Under the pieces are notes generated by a model. That model did no database searches. It was not told the DNA's origin and was given only the letters and a program-made list of their open reading frames with translations. A program made the position numbers and the translations under genes. A stretch of 64,000 bases of DNA from Octopus vulgaris (taxonomy: Eukaryota), in assembly GCA_951406725.2 (NCBI GenBank), contig OX597815.1, positions 22,258,001 to 22,322,000 of the forward strand, read 5' to 3'. Positions 1-14,057 of the stretch are shown in pieces (position 1 is the stretch's first letter; each line of letters opens with the position of its first letter).

Positions 1-298
1 ATGGATGAAAGGCAAAGTCGACCTCGGCGGAATTTGAACTCAGAACGTAGCGGCAGATGAAATACCTATTTCTTTATTACCCACAAGGGGCTAAACATAG
101 AGGGGACAAACAAGGACAGACATAGATATTAAGTCGATTACATTGACCCCAGTGCGTAACTGGTACTTAATTTATCGACCCCGAAAGGATGAAAGGCAAA
201 GTCGACCTCGGCAGAATTTGAACTCACAACGTAACGACAAACGAAATACCGCGAAGCATTTCGCCCAACGTGCTAACGTTTCCGCCAGCTCGCCGCCT
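1..298 (-). mobile_element. SINE family B, tandem units
   Basis: Repeated unit gttctgagttcaaattccgccgaggtcgactttgcctttcatcc with head ggcggcgagctggc. Confidence 0.85.
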
Positions 299-479
299 TC
301 GTATTTGGTAAATATTTATCAATGTGTGCATAACTGGACGGACGAATCAGTATTTATTTTAGTAAGTACGTAAGTGTCCGTCCGCCCTGTTAATTCATAG
401 GTGTGCTATCCCCGACTCTACCTTGGTGCCTTTGTTATTTAAATACCTTGATTCTATCGGATCCTGAAAATTTAATATA

Positions 480-528
<49 letters not shown>

Positions 529-1873
529 GGGTTGGGTGTTCATAACATAATTCAATTCATTGATAAACTATTCATAACATTAGTGAGCGATTCATTCGTT
601 CGCATATGAATTGCTACTAACGTAGCTCGATAACAACATGACCGACACGAGGAAATGTCAGTTTCAGAATCTAATCGGGCATATGCTTGATTAGACCCCA
701 AAACTGATATTTTCAGCGTTTTAAAAGGCCTTGAATTGGACCCTATCTGCATTTCGCTTAATACTTTTGTAGTCATGCGTGAATATTGTATTATTTCCTT
801 TGCTGTGTGTTTGTGTAAAATTTCGATACCTCGAGTAGTGTTAGCGCCATAAAATACAATACTACCCAGATGCATCAGCGAAATAATTCCTATTCATGGT
901 TGAATAATTCCACCTGACTCGCTAAAGATTTAGAGGAAGAAACTAAAGCAAAGCAATCCAAGTTTTCCTTCTCTATACATATAAACCTTTACCTGTATAA
1001 AAATCAATATATTGAATATTCACATAGTTTATTAAACTAGTGGATCACTTTGCTATATATTGATCCGCTGATGAAGTTTTACATCTCCCAAGTTTGTGAC
1101 CGGCGTAAATTGTTTTCCGCTGTTAAACTCATTAGAGGGAAATTGCTGACAGGACTGCTACTTGCCAAGAATATGCTGTCGGCTTAACTGGCCAAAGGCT
1201 CTTCCGTATTTTTTCATCGCCGTTGGAAAACTGTATTTAAGACGATTAATTCTAAGTCGGCAGAGATGTAAATTGGAACCATGTGGCGATGGCATCCACC
1301 ACTGTAAATGGCATTAGCAATGAATACATGATTAATGCTTTTGTTAAAGGAAAACACTATAATGAGAAGAAACTCGTGCTGGTCTTGAGTGGGCTCGGCC
1401 AGACTCAGTTCAGTAAAATTGGCAAAATGAATAAATTTGCATGCAATATAGAGAAATTAATTTAACATGTCAGCCAGCTCCCTTCGCTGGAGAACAAATG
1501 AAAAACGTATGAAAAGACCGTAAATAAAAGCGAGAGAGAAGAATGGATAATGGTAGAATGTTTGTGTGTGTGTCTGTGTGTATATGTGTGTGCGCGCACG
1601 TGTGAGCGTGTGTGCGCGCACGTGTGAGCGTGTGTGTGTTTGTGTGTGTCTGTGTATTCACATATATTTTATATTTAAATACATAAAATATACGTCAATA
1701 TACGCATTCGCAGAATACGCGCACACTCAAATATATAAAAGCGTTGTGTTCTGAATTAGTAGTTCTGAGCTCCAGTTTTGGATAGACATGGGACCGTCAG
1801 CTTTTAGACAAGTTTCTCACACTTCATTAAACCATATTTTTTGCTAGGGCCTACGATTTGTACTCCTACAAAT

Positions 1874-2393
1874 ACTCTTTTACTCTTTCACTTATTTCAG
1901 TCATTTGACTGTGGCCATGCTGGAGCACCGCATTTAGTCGAGCAAATCGACCCCAGGACTTATTTTTTGTAAACCTAGTACTTATTCTATCTGTGTAGTA
2001 AGTAGCTTGTTTACCAACCACATGGTTCCGGTTTCAGTCCCATTCCGTGGCACCTTGGGCAAGTGTCTTCTACTATAGCCTCGGGCCAACCAAAGCCTTG
2101 TGAGTGGATTTGGTAGACGGAAACTGAAAGAAGCCCGTCGTATATATGTATATGTATATATATATGTGCGTGTGTGTGTTTGTGTGTCTGTTTGTCTCAT
2201 CCAACATCGCTTGACAACCGATGCTGGTGTGTTTATGTCCCCGTCACTTAGCGGTTCGGCAAAAGAGACCGATAGAATAAGTACTAGGCTTACAAAGAAT
2301 AAGTCCCGGGGTCGAGTTGCTCGATTAAAGGCGGTTCTCCAGCACAGCCGCAGTCAAATGACTGAAACAAGTAAAAGAGTAAAGAGTAAAGAG
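1874..2393 (+). mobile_element. SINE family A (Octopus OK-like) preceded by an inverted copy of its own 3' end
   Basis: 1991-2393 is tRNA head, internal TA/TG microsatellite and (gtaaaaga)n tail; 1874-1990 is the reverse complement of the 3' portion. Confidence 0.85.
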
Positions 2394-2640
2394 AGAGTAT
2401 ATATATATATATATATATATACTCTCTCTTTACTCTTTACTTTTTTAATAATTTTGTTATATATTTAAATAATTTAAATTACATAATCTTATGTATTGGT
2501 TTAAGTTTTTCATTGTTTGATTTGCCTAATAGTGGTTTTGTCTCTAATTTAATATAATATAATATTTTACTATAAAATTGGATTCAATCCTAAATCTGAT
2601 TTTTCCCTGTAAGTTTGGATTTATTCCCTAATATTTATTA

Positions 2641-2699
<59 letters not shown>

Positions 2700-2839
2700 G
2701 TAGATAGATAGATATTCTTTTCTTTTTCGTTCACATTTTCCTTTTCTTTTCTTTCTTCTCTCCTTCTTTTCTCTCGTCGATGCAATAAATGGCTAGCCAG
2801 TTATGCCAGGCTCAAATTTAGGAATATTCATTAGCATAC

Positions 2840-2908
2840 CTGGTAGTTCACAAGTTTAAGCATGTTTTTCCTGCTTAATTTATGGTCTTTCATTGTGATA
2901 ATCACCAT
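2840..2908 (-). CDS. Possible first coding exon of an unidentified gene
   Basis: ATG...CAG|gtatgc giving MVIITMKDHKLSRKNMLKLVNYQ; upstream ttccggttgctatg contains ETS-like and half X-box-like motifs; no homology recognised. Confidence 0.25.
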
Positions 2909-3365
2909 CTTCAACAGTTAATAGATAAAGTAGAGTGTTATTTCTCATATTTAAACTGTTTTTGTGAATTGAACATAGCATAGCAACCGGAAATGCGTGA
3001 AAATAGATTGGAAGTTGACAAGGGGGGGAAACGCTAGAGACAGATGGAGTGGAGGAGAATGTGTGTTTGTGTGTATGGAGAGGTTGCGTCTGTGTGTGTG
3101 TGTGAGTGAATGAGAGAGATGGGGAGAGGGAGGGAGGGAGAGAGAGAGAAGGTAAGGGAGGTAAATGTAACTTTCCTATCAAATGCTATAGATTTGTGAT
3201 ATTCATTTAGTATTTTGACAACAGCGTGGGCAGCACAGTGCACTTAATCAAATGGTCTCTTGACATGTTTCCGTTGCATTCATTGTTGTTGTTAAAGATA
3301 CTTTTATCGTTCTTGTTACTGCTGCTGTGAATGTTCCCAGTACTATCATTGTTCGCTTATATCTC

Positions 3366-3737
3366 TTACTCTTTTACTCTTTCACTTGTTTCAGTCATTT
3401 GAGTGTGACCATGCTGGAGCACCGCCTTTAGTCGAACAAATCGACCCCAGGACTTATTCTTTGTAAGCCTAGTACTTATTCTAAACACGCCAGTATCGGT
3501 TGTCAAGCGCTGTTGGGGTGGGGGACAAATACAGACACACAAACATATACACACATACATATATATATATATACATATGTACGACGGGCTTCTTTCAGTT
3601 TCCGTCTACCAAATCCACTCACAAGGCTTTGGTCGGCCCGAGGCTATAGTAGAAGACACTTGCCCAAGGTGCCACGCAATGGGAATGAACCCGGAACCAC
3701 GTGGTTGGTAAGCAAGCTACTTACCACACAGCCACTC
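3366..3737 (-). mobile_element. SINE family A
   Basis: Matches the other family A copies. Confidence 0.85.
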
Positions 3738-4669
3738 TCTCTATATATATTTTTATAAACACTTAGGGCTTTTTGCTCGTCACTTAAGGGGTTTTATGCG
3801 GTCTCGTTTGGCTTTCACATTAATCCTAATTAAACTTAGGATCAAATACCTTCCATCCAGGCTGACACTGCCTTTTTCTTCAGACAGTATAATATATCTA
3901 TGACTTCATTATCAAATGTATCCTTTCTATAGTTGTTTAAAATAACAGCGTGTAATTGAGTGTAATTTGAATATTTTTTTACTGCTACTTCGAGCAGATC
4001 AAGCGATTGCATAGAGGCTTGCGTATTTTTTATTTTTATTTTTGTTGTTGTTGTTGATGATATGTCTGGCTGAAAGTGTCACTGTTATAATCTTTGGATC
4101 AACTAGCGGGACCCGCATGGCCGTCGCTAGGTCCCTGCATCTCCTGTGGTCGCAGGGCCCTCCGCGGTTGAGCGGCCCAATGTTGAGATCAAACTACATA
4201 GGTGAACCATCTATTTACTTTGGTTAAGATATTAACTGAAAATTTGAAGTCAGACAATGGAAAAAAATACGAGGGTGTACCGTACATAGATTTAAAAGAA
4301 ACGAAAAACGTAAATGTAAGAAGCTTTTCAACGAATACCCTAAAGAGATAAAAAGAAAAATGAAAGAAATCCAAAACATTGAAAATCAGAAAAACTTCAA
4401 GAGAAAATACAAGAAAAAGAAACAATGGTGATGAAAGGTGGGGGTTGTATACTTATACATTCATACAAACGTACACAAGAAGCATACGTACACACATTCA
4501 TATATACATACATACACACATATACGTCTGTTTTTATCTGTTTCGGTCTACCAAGTCCATTCACAAGGCTTTGGCCAGCTCAGAGAGTGAGAGTGACGTG
4601 TACCAAACACACACACGTCTCTTAGTCTCTTCGTCCCCCCTTTCTTTTTTCATTTCTCTCTCTCTCTCC

Positions 4670-4734
<65 letters not shown>

Positions 4735-6899
4735 AGTATATATATTTGGCGTTGTTATTTGATGTTGTTGAAAAGCTGGTCACTTTGTACCCAGAACAAG
4801 GGTCTTTGACCTCCTAAGGCAATAAAAACTAGAAACAACATTCTTACTGTACCTTGCACACACACATCCACACAAGTTTGTGTGTGTGCGCGCGCGTGTG
4901 TAAATCTATCTGTGTATAGAGTAGAAAAAATATATAGTCTTTTTTATGTGTTGTATTTTAGAATCATCACAGCAGACTCTGCTGTTATAATTCTAAAACA
5001 AGCTGTAAGGGTCTATGCTTTGGTTTTCAGATAACAATGGTGCTTAGATTATGAATTTTGATTGAAAAGATGGGGTCTCGAAACGAAATGTTATAGGGGG
5101 TCTCTAAAAGTTATGCGATGGCCCTGGGGACCCGTGAATATTTCACGGAATTAATGGTAAACTTATTGGGATAAACTTATTGAAAACTTTATCCAAGAAA
5201 CCTGAAAGCGTAGCTTGTGTTGTGTTTGTATGGGAAAATAGTCGCTTATCTGCTACTCATTGAAAAGTGAAAGAAATTGGAATACGATGATTACTTAATG
5301 CACTTTATATATAAACACTTTATATACTTTATGCTCAATTTCCTAGACATAAAGACAGCACTCGTAAAATAAATATTCACTCTTATTTTTCCATTTTTCC
5401 CATAAGCAAAATAAGAATAAAAAATCCTGTACATATGATACAACCTTTAGTTAATTGGCATGCACCTGCCACGTAAACAAGTGTGAATATTTCACGGACT
5501 TGCACTTATGCGCATGCGTTAAGTGAGAGGTGATATGAAAAAATTTAGTTTAATTTTTGTTAAAATACACTTTTCACTATCAAATCAACACCACCACCTC
5601 CATCATCATCATCTCTATTCCTCCCCTCTCCCTCATCTCTCTCCCTCCTCTCCCTCTCTCTCCCTCTGCCTTTCTTTAACATCAGAACATCACCCCTCTC
5701 CTAAAATTATATTTTAACTCTCCTCTACCTTCAACTAATCTCCTATTAAATATTACGTTCCCCTACCTCATGTCATTGACGCTTCTCTCTGCCTCTTTTT
5801 CTTTCTCCCTCTTTCTGTCTCACTCTTCGCCTTATCCTCGTTTTCTCTCCTTTTTCTTTTCCCTCTCTTTCCCTTCAACAAATCACGCGAAAATGTTACA
5901 ATTACATTCCCTCTATCTCACGCCATGGATGCTTCTCTTTCCTTCTTTTCCCTCTCCTTTTTTTCTCTCCTTCTTCTCCTTTAAATACGTGAAGGCGTTA
6001 CCGACAGGCTAAGTAACGCAATGACCAGCAGAATTATTACAAGATAATATTTCTTACTTTGGATCGTTGCTCTTTCTCTTGTAGACAGGATTACAAATGT
6101 AAATACTATATAGATTGTTTGATCTCATGGACGAAATGCTAAAATCATCATTTTTCTGACTACCGCTATCACTATAACCATCCATCAACTACTATCTTTG
6201 TCATCATCATCATCATCATCGGTATTGTCGTCGTCGTCTCGTCACCTCGATATTGTTATGTAGCTCCTCCCCGTGCTGAGAGAGACTTTATAACACAAAG
6301 TTAGTCAGAGAAACAACCAGATTAAATCCATAGACCCACTGTTCCATATATAGTACAGTATCACCTACTTGAAACCTACATCGAACACTCTGATATGCAG
6401 TAGTTTACAGTATGGGATGCAATATCAAAGTTTAGGTTTGGTTCGACCAATGTCCAGTCGGTTCTGTCGTCATTGCTGCTTTGAAAAATTAAGAAACTGA
6501 GAAACTATCAACAATCATTATTTGTTTCCTAGGAAGGTGGAGAGCTGGCTGAATCGTTAGTATTCTTATCATATAGGTCTTTTCGATATATCTAACTTTT
6601 CGTCTTATAACTAAATTCTCTCATCACTGACTGGGCTCAGAAATGTCACTAAGCACTTTGTCCGGATTGTTAACGTTTCTGCCAGCACGCTGTCTTGAAA
6701 ATAATATTAATAATGATAATAAAGATGAAAATGTGATAAAATATCATCTTCCGGCGTTACATTCTGAAATCAAATTGCACTGAGGTCCACTTTAACTGTT
6801 TTCTTTACAGAATCGATAAATAAAGCGCTTGATTCAATCGGCTTGCCGCTTACCTAAAAATTGCTGTACTTGTGCCAAAAGTTGAAATGGAAGAGAAGG

Positions 6900-6942
6900 G
6901 GAGGAGGAGGGGGATGAGGAGGAGGAAGAAGAAGACAACGAC

Positions 6943-6986
<44 letters not shown>

Positions 6987-7045
6987 AGAAGAAGAAGAAG
7001 AAGAAGAAGAAGAAGAAGAAGAAGAAGAAGAAGAAGAAGAAGATG
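6900..7045. repeat. Compound trinucleotide microsatellite (GAG)n(ACG)n(AAG)n
   Basis: Directly visible. Confidence 0.95.
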
Positions 7046-8299
7046 GTGTTTTTTACTTTAATGATAATGATGACGATGATACTCTTTTGGGTTATGGATT
7101 AGTGGTAAGGAAATATGTGGCAATCAGTTGAATTACCCTCAATATCTAACAGGTTTATTTCATTGCATTCATCAAAAACTACTGAAGCATGATTTGGAGA
7201 GAGAACAAGAAAAATGCAAAATTTATAAGTAAATTCTCTCATCACTGACTGGGCTCAGAAAAAAAAAATGATTCCGAAAGCGCTAATAATGTTGGTGGAA
7301 GTACTGAGTAGAGCTTGCTGTCAATTTGCTAATATTGATGAGGCTGCGAGTGATATAATGGCTGTGGTCGTTGTGTTTGTTGATAGTGGAGATAGTTGCT
7401 ATAAGTGACAGCGGTAGTGGAGTTTTTGTGATGACGGTGATATTAAGTAGTATATTCTTAGACAAAGCAAAAGCTGAACCGCAGCCAATTATACCAGATA
7501 ATGTAAACTATTCCTGACAACAGTAACTTAGCAACATCCCTCTCAAGACCTGTTACAGGAAGGTGTAAACAAAATGACTTGAAATTAATTGATGATATGT
7601 GATTTATTTTATTCGTTGTTCTTTTGAGCTTCGGCAATGTGAATGGAAGTCTAACTAGAAGATGTTAGATGATAACGCTGAAGGAAGAGTGGTCAGGTGT
7701 GTAAGAAGTAAAATGATATAAGTGATATTGCAAACTTATATGGAATTAATTGAACATAAGAGGTGGGTATGGAATTACTATATTTTAAAGCTTATTAATC
7801 ACCCTTGAGAATTTCTTAAATCAATATAAAACTAATGTGTTTTAAGGAGTTATAGAGTTCCGGTTACTATTCATATCACATAGACCTTGCTAGGATCAAA
7901 ATTGATTTTTATCATTCTTTACGAGTTAAAATCAGGAAAATCAAATTCAAACTTTTTCATGCATTTTAATGTCACAACAGTGTATTAAAAAAAATGGAGC
8001 AGAGCAACTGCTTAGTAAAATATTTAGAAGGCCGTAACCGCACATTCCAGATGAGTAGGCAGTCACCAATCACACTATAACAAATTTGAGAGCTTTAGAG
8101 TAGTTGATATATGAGGAAAGAACAAACACTAAATCAAAATATATGACTTGTATAAATAACTAGCTTCTAAAATTGGATATCAACCTTCTGAGGACAGCTT
8201 ACAGAATCTAAAGAATCACCGCTGAACAGAGAACCATATTAGGAGTCGGCCACGAAACTATAGATGTCCGGAGTAGATTAAGTAAGCTAATGCAAAGTC

Positions 8300-8630
8300 T
8301 GAGATGTAATTATGAATACTATTCTTCCTAAGACAAATACTTCATCGGAAGAAAATGTCATTAAGACCTTCCTGGACGGTAACAAGATCATAATAGTTCC
8401 TGCAGGCAAGCGTAATGCAACTATTGTCCTAAAAGAGAAAGAATACAAACTAATTGCCTCTGTAAATAGATGACAACTACAAGAAGTTGAAGAAAGAACA
8501 AAAGACATCAGTAGTTGTCAATATTACTAAAGAGGAAATAAATCTATTTTACTTAAAATGCATAGCGACATCTTAAATCTGACTAAAGTTAATTACAACG
8601 TCTAAGGACTTCCGATACTATATAAGGCCT
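8300..8630 (+). mobile_element. Penelope-like element RT N-terminal fragment (decayed)
   Basis: KIIIVPAGKRNATIVLKEKEY resembles the PLE IIxPADKGNATVV motif; GLPILYK resembles GLPKxHK. Confidence 0.6.
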
Positions 8631-11600
8631 TGCTATTAATAAAGCAAAGAGTTCAAACAGAGGAATTAATTTTATGCCGCGAGAAAGACAAGTCTGATTT
8701 TTCAGTCAGAGCTCATCAACGGAGCGGTATTTAACTGATACTAAGTAAATAGATTAGAAGTGAAAATGCGAAAAAATATTAATGAATAAATAATACGGTG
8801 AAGAAGGGTACGATAGAAGAAAAGGTAAAGAAGAAAGAGGAAGAATAAAGAAGAGCGTAAGAGAGAGAGAGAGAGAGAGAGATGATAGATCGATAACAAG
8901 AAGAAGTAGGTGTTAGTGAAAGAGAAGCTTCAACGGTCAATGCAGCAGCGGACTTCGAAAATGTTGGATCATGACTATGAATTTCAAGAAGATTCATGTC
9001 TGAAGATGAAGAATAAAATGAACTATTTAGTCCAGACTTTAAGTCTTACGGCATATCAAATGCTTTAAGAGAAAAAGAGTAGGAGTGCGATGTGTGTTAG
9101 ATGAATTTTAACAAGAATGGTAGGCGGATTGATACATTAGGGAAGCATAAGCCGTTGTAATACGAGTAAAAGAAAAAGTGGAGATAGTCGTTGCAAATAT
9201 TAGGGAATGAATCTTCGGCAATCCGACAGTTGAGCACTTTTTGATGAACAATGGAATGACATTAATGGCAGTAACGTCTCAGAAATATCACCAATATTTC
9301 AATATGCCTGCCCTTCTTACTTTTTGAAGAGTGACAGGAAACTGGTTACAAACCATTTTGTCAGTTTGAAAAGGTAGAAGCCTCTGATTGAATATTTGGC
9401 ATCATGAGATCTTCAAGGATAATGTCTCGTATTTGCAACAATTTTGAGCGATTGAGATGCTTATTGTTCGTGCATAGAGGGAGTATAGAAGAGAACTGTT
9501 TACTCGATATGTTGACTGATATTATTGTTGCTTTGTTGAAGGAAAGATGCTAGATGTCATGTCACAATCAGAAGAAGAATTTGATGCAATCTATCAGGGA
9601 AAGCCGAGATGACGAGTTTACTTTGCCTTCACTTGACATAAATTCCTGTGTGCCGAAGTCAGCGATAAGTAACATCAACCCCGAAGAGGCAGAAAGCAAG
9701 CAGAATCGTTAGAAAAATGCTTAGCGGCACTTCTTCCGACTTTATGTTCTGAGTTCAAATGCCACCGTAGTCGAATTTGCATTTCATTCTTTCAGGGTCG
9801 GTAAAATAAGTACCACTTGAGCACTGAGATCGATTTAATCGACTTAGCCCCTCATTCTAACTTGCTGACCGTGTGCCAAAATTTCAAACCCGTATCAACC
9901 CCAAAGATTTCTGTATGAGATCAGATATATCAGGTATATTTGAGGCAAGAGTTAGAAACACCAGAACTGATATATTTACCTCCAGATAACACATGCAACG
10001 ATAGAGAATGCTATTTAAATAGTTTTATTTATTGACGAGTGAAGAATAAAATAATGCAAGTTTTGCAAGGGAAACTGAAACCTGGACACAATTTGGAAGG
10101 TAGGAGAGCTTACAGTCATTATGATGCACTAAGGTATCTTTTGATTTCCTGGTACTCTTTCGTGTTGTATCACGTGCAGTCAAATTATTATCCTTGGTAC
10201 GATAAAACTATTTATGAAAGTCTCATGTTTATCAAAATTAGATTCGCAATAACCAAATTCCATAAGAAGGAACGATATCTATTAGGACATTAAAATGAAA
10301 AATATACGAAAGACGTAAAAAATGGTTAGTTATTACTTATTATTACTAATAAGGAACACAATTTACACGAAAAGTCATTTTATGATATATTTTTTTTTAA
10401 ATGTTGCACTAAAACCCCATTTTTTAAAAGTCTATCACTGATGATGCACGAGAGGGATAAAGAGAAATGGATATCAGAATGTCTGTATATAAAGGTCACA
10501 AGAAGTTACTAGGGTTTATGTAATTATGATTTCTATCCTTCTCATACGTTTAGGAAAATAATTATATCATGCCTATAACATTGATACCAAAACTATTTGC
10601 ACAAACTAAGCAACTTGCAAGAAGGCAATGTCATTGGACTGATACATTTTAAAGAAATCATTTTCCAGCGCCTTACCCATTATTCTAACACTATTTATAT
10701 CTTATTTCTTTCATATATCAACGAATAGCTTGTTTGAGAAATCTGCACTTGATAAGGTAAGCCTATTAGTTGTCCTAATTATCGAAAAAACATATATGAT
10801 AAAAACCAAAGGAAACAATTAGAAATGAAGATGGATTCCTTCTTTTCTCACTCTCTTTTTAATTTGTCAATATGTCAGTGTAGTCACCCACTCCTTAAGC
10901 CATTTCTGACGTTCTTTTAGGGCATACATCATTTTCAGTTATTTTGTTATTGATTCATACAACTGACACACATCAAAACTTTGATTTGTTTCAGAAACTA
11001 CAATGTTGCGTTGGCGGTAGCATGATCGATTAATCGCCGAATCGTTCTCTTTGTTACAAGTGTTGGAAGTGCATTTATTCGTTTATTTAACGAAAACGTA
11101 TATTATTTCTCTCGACAACAATCATTTTTAAAACAAAAACTAAAGTAGACGAACAATAAAAAAAAATAATAAAAACATTGTGCTGCCTACACTTCTATGT
11201 ATTACATGGTCCTTGATGAACACGACTTACTTATAGCAGTACAAAAATTGATCTCTCAACTGTAATTGCAAGTTATGAGGGGGTGGTTAACAAAAGAAAA
11301 TCTTTAAAATATATGTATTGACTTTTGACTAACAGCAATTGTCAATTTGATGACTAATCCCATTTATGAGCATTTTAATCAAGGTTTGTTATTACATAGT
11401 TGTTGTTGTTTATGTTGTTCTTAAACCAGTTTGTTACTGGTCGTGGTGACTGCAGTTATGATGTTCTTGTTTGGAATGTTAGTATTGTTTTGTGTTGTAT
11501 GTTTACAAACATGCTTTTTACATAATTTATGAAACACAATGATTTAATAGATAGAACAGTAAGAACTTCAATTATACACACACATGCGCGAACACACACA

Positions 11601-12019
11601 CACATACACATACATACATACACACAATCACAGAGTTAAAGCTGAAAAATTTCGTAACTTGTTACTCCAAGTTTCATGAAATTTCTCATCAGACAGAAGT
11701 GAAGTTTTGGAACAATACAATAGTTTATAAATGTTTATAAATTTTCTGTGATAATTATTTGGTAAATCATCACATAAGCATTTAAGGTTAATTGGACAAG
11801 AGGCTATAACAGCTTTAAGGTAGTAGAATCTGTTGGATTATACGAGTGATGGTTAACGAGAAATTATATAAGCATTAAAATCATTAAATAACGAGTTGTA
11901 CAGAGTAATAGTGATAATATATACAGCAAAGGAAAATATAGTAAAAGAAATATTATGTAAGAAAAAATAAGCGTAAAACCGCAGAAAACCTTGGGATCTT
12001 ATTTTCTAAAGTTAATAGA

Positions 12020-12895
12020 GTGATTGTGCAAATTACCAGAGAGGGAAAGGAGACCATATCACCTCGCCCTGATCAAACAAGGCCGTCTGACAGGACCCTT
12101 CTCTTTGCTACGAGAAGTGTGGCGGATAATCTTCGTTGCAAGGCCTCTAACATAGCAGAACAAGTTGATGTCAGTCCCAGAACAGCTGTCAGGTATCGCC
12201 ACAAACTTGGCTACTGTGGCACAGCAGCAAAGAAGGAAGCCACTTCTTTGACTAACCAACATCAGGCGGAGAAAAGATTGGGCCAGTGAGATGGTGGAGA
12301 GGTCACTAACATTTTGGAACACAGTCATATTCTTTGCTGTATTTCCTGACAGTGGTTGAGTGTGGGTCTGGAGACTCTGTGATCAAGAATTTGATGTGAA
12401 AAGATTGCAGCCAACAATGAAGCACGGCAGCTATTCTATGATGGTCTGGAGAGCAAGTTGGAGCAATGTTTGATTAGAGCCTGTGGAGTGTGAGGGGAAC
12501 ATAAACTCAGAAAAATATGTATCCATATTGCAGAAAGGACTCCTTCCAAACTTCTCCAGTGGTGAAATGATTAAAGACAACTCCTTTTTTTATGGAAGAT
12601 GGGGCTCCTTGTCGCACGGCTAAAACCGCAAGATTTGTTGGATGAGAAAGGCATTAAAAAGGTTCCATGGTCAAGCCAGTCACCGGATATGAACTCTATA
12701 GAACATCTGTGGGGCATAATGGACAGGACACTTCATAAAAAGACCAAGAAAGCGTCTTCAAGGCCAGAGCTTATGAGATTTGTGCATGAAACTTGGCAAG
12801 GTATTCTGCAGGAGAATATTCCTCATCTGATCAGTAAAATGCCTAATGCGGTCCTTGCATTGAAAAACACAAAGGGCAAGGTTACTAAATATTAA
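12020..12895 (+). mobile_element. Decayed Tc1-like (DD34E) transposase
   Basis: Frameshifted pieces VSPRTAVRY..KLGY, FWNTVIF, PTMKHG..MMVW, FMEDGAPC, WSSQSPDMNSIEHLW; degenerate inverted repeats at about 11650-11780 and 13760-13900 may be its TIRs. Confidence 0.88.
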
Positions 12896-12960
12896 ATATT
12901 CACATTATAACGATCAATAAATAATTTGAATGTATAATTTCAGATTTAAATAAATTTTTA

Positions 12961-13089
<129 letters not shown>

Positions 13090-13341
13090 TTATTAATGTA
13101 ACTAATAGCATAACCTGTGTTAAAAATACCGGTTATAAAATAGTAGTGATGTCATTATGTACGGAACAGCCATATGTTGAAGTGACCACAAACATTACTT
13201 TTCAGTAGAGTTACTACTTGCATGTCTTATAGAGATTTTAGAAGTAGCTGCTTCGCTTGTTGCAAGATCAGCGACTGAATGTCGCTTATTTTTCTATATA
13301 TTGCAAGCTAGGGCGAACGACTGCCATCTCTGGACAGGTGT

Positions 13342-13389
13342 CCAGTACTGAGGAAGGGCAAATACCCTGAAACCAGGCTGGTCAACTGG
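13342..13389 (+). ncRNA. Type I hammerhead ribozyme motif (Penelope-like repeat associated)
   Basis: ccagta-CTGAGGA-AGGG(caaata)CCCT-GAAA-CCAGGCTGG-TC-aactgg: canonical core, perfect 4-bp helix II, near-palindromic helix III, 5-bp helix I with one A.A mismatch next to the core. Confidence 0.75.
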
Positions 13390-13981
13390 TCCTCTTAAAT
13401 CGCTAGATGGCAGGGATTTGATATATCGGACACAGGTGTTGTTGTTAACCAGATGGAGGTGTTCTGGGGTTAAAATATAAGTAGGAATATCTTTCTGTGC
13501 GGAACAACCATGTTGAAGTAGCAACAAACAATATTATTTAGTAGTGTTACTACTTGCATCTCTGATAGAGATTTTAGAAGTAGCTGCTTTGCTTATATAT
13601 TTTATATATTATAATTGTTACCCTGTACAATGTGATTTGTGTTATTCAGTTTTCGTCAACTTTTACGCGTTTCAAATGGTTTTAATGTTTATATTCTCTT
13701 TCGTCAACGGTCAACATATTTTGTTAATTTTGAAAAATGATAATCTCTCGTCCAATCAGATTTAGCTGCTTATTTGATTATATACCAAATAGTTGTATTC
13801 TGACTGCACTGTTTTTAAACAATTATAAACAATTGTATTGTTCCAAAATTTCACCTCTGTCCGATGATCAGTTTCATGGAGCGTGGATCAACAGATTATG
13901 AGACTCAATAGTATACGGTATGTTCCTCTACTTTTGGTATTCGAGTCATATTTTCTCCAGTATGTTTCGCATGTACGTGAT

Positions 13982-14057
<76 letters not shown>

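Noticed and set aside
8685-8725. TTGATGAGCTC on the minus strand near a Penelope fragment
   Set aside because: No paired helix II followed by GAAA.
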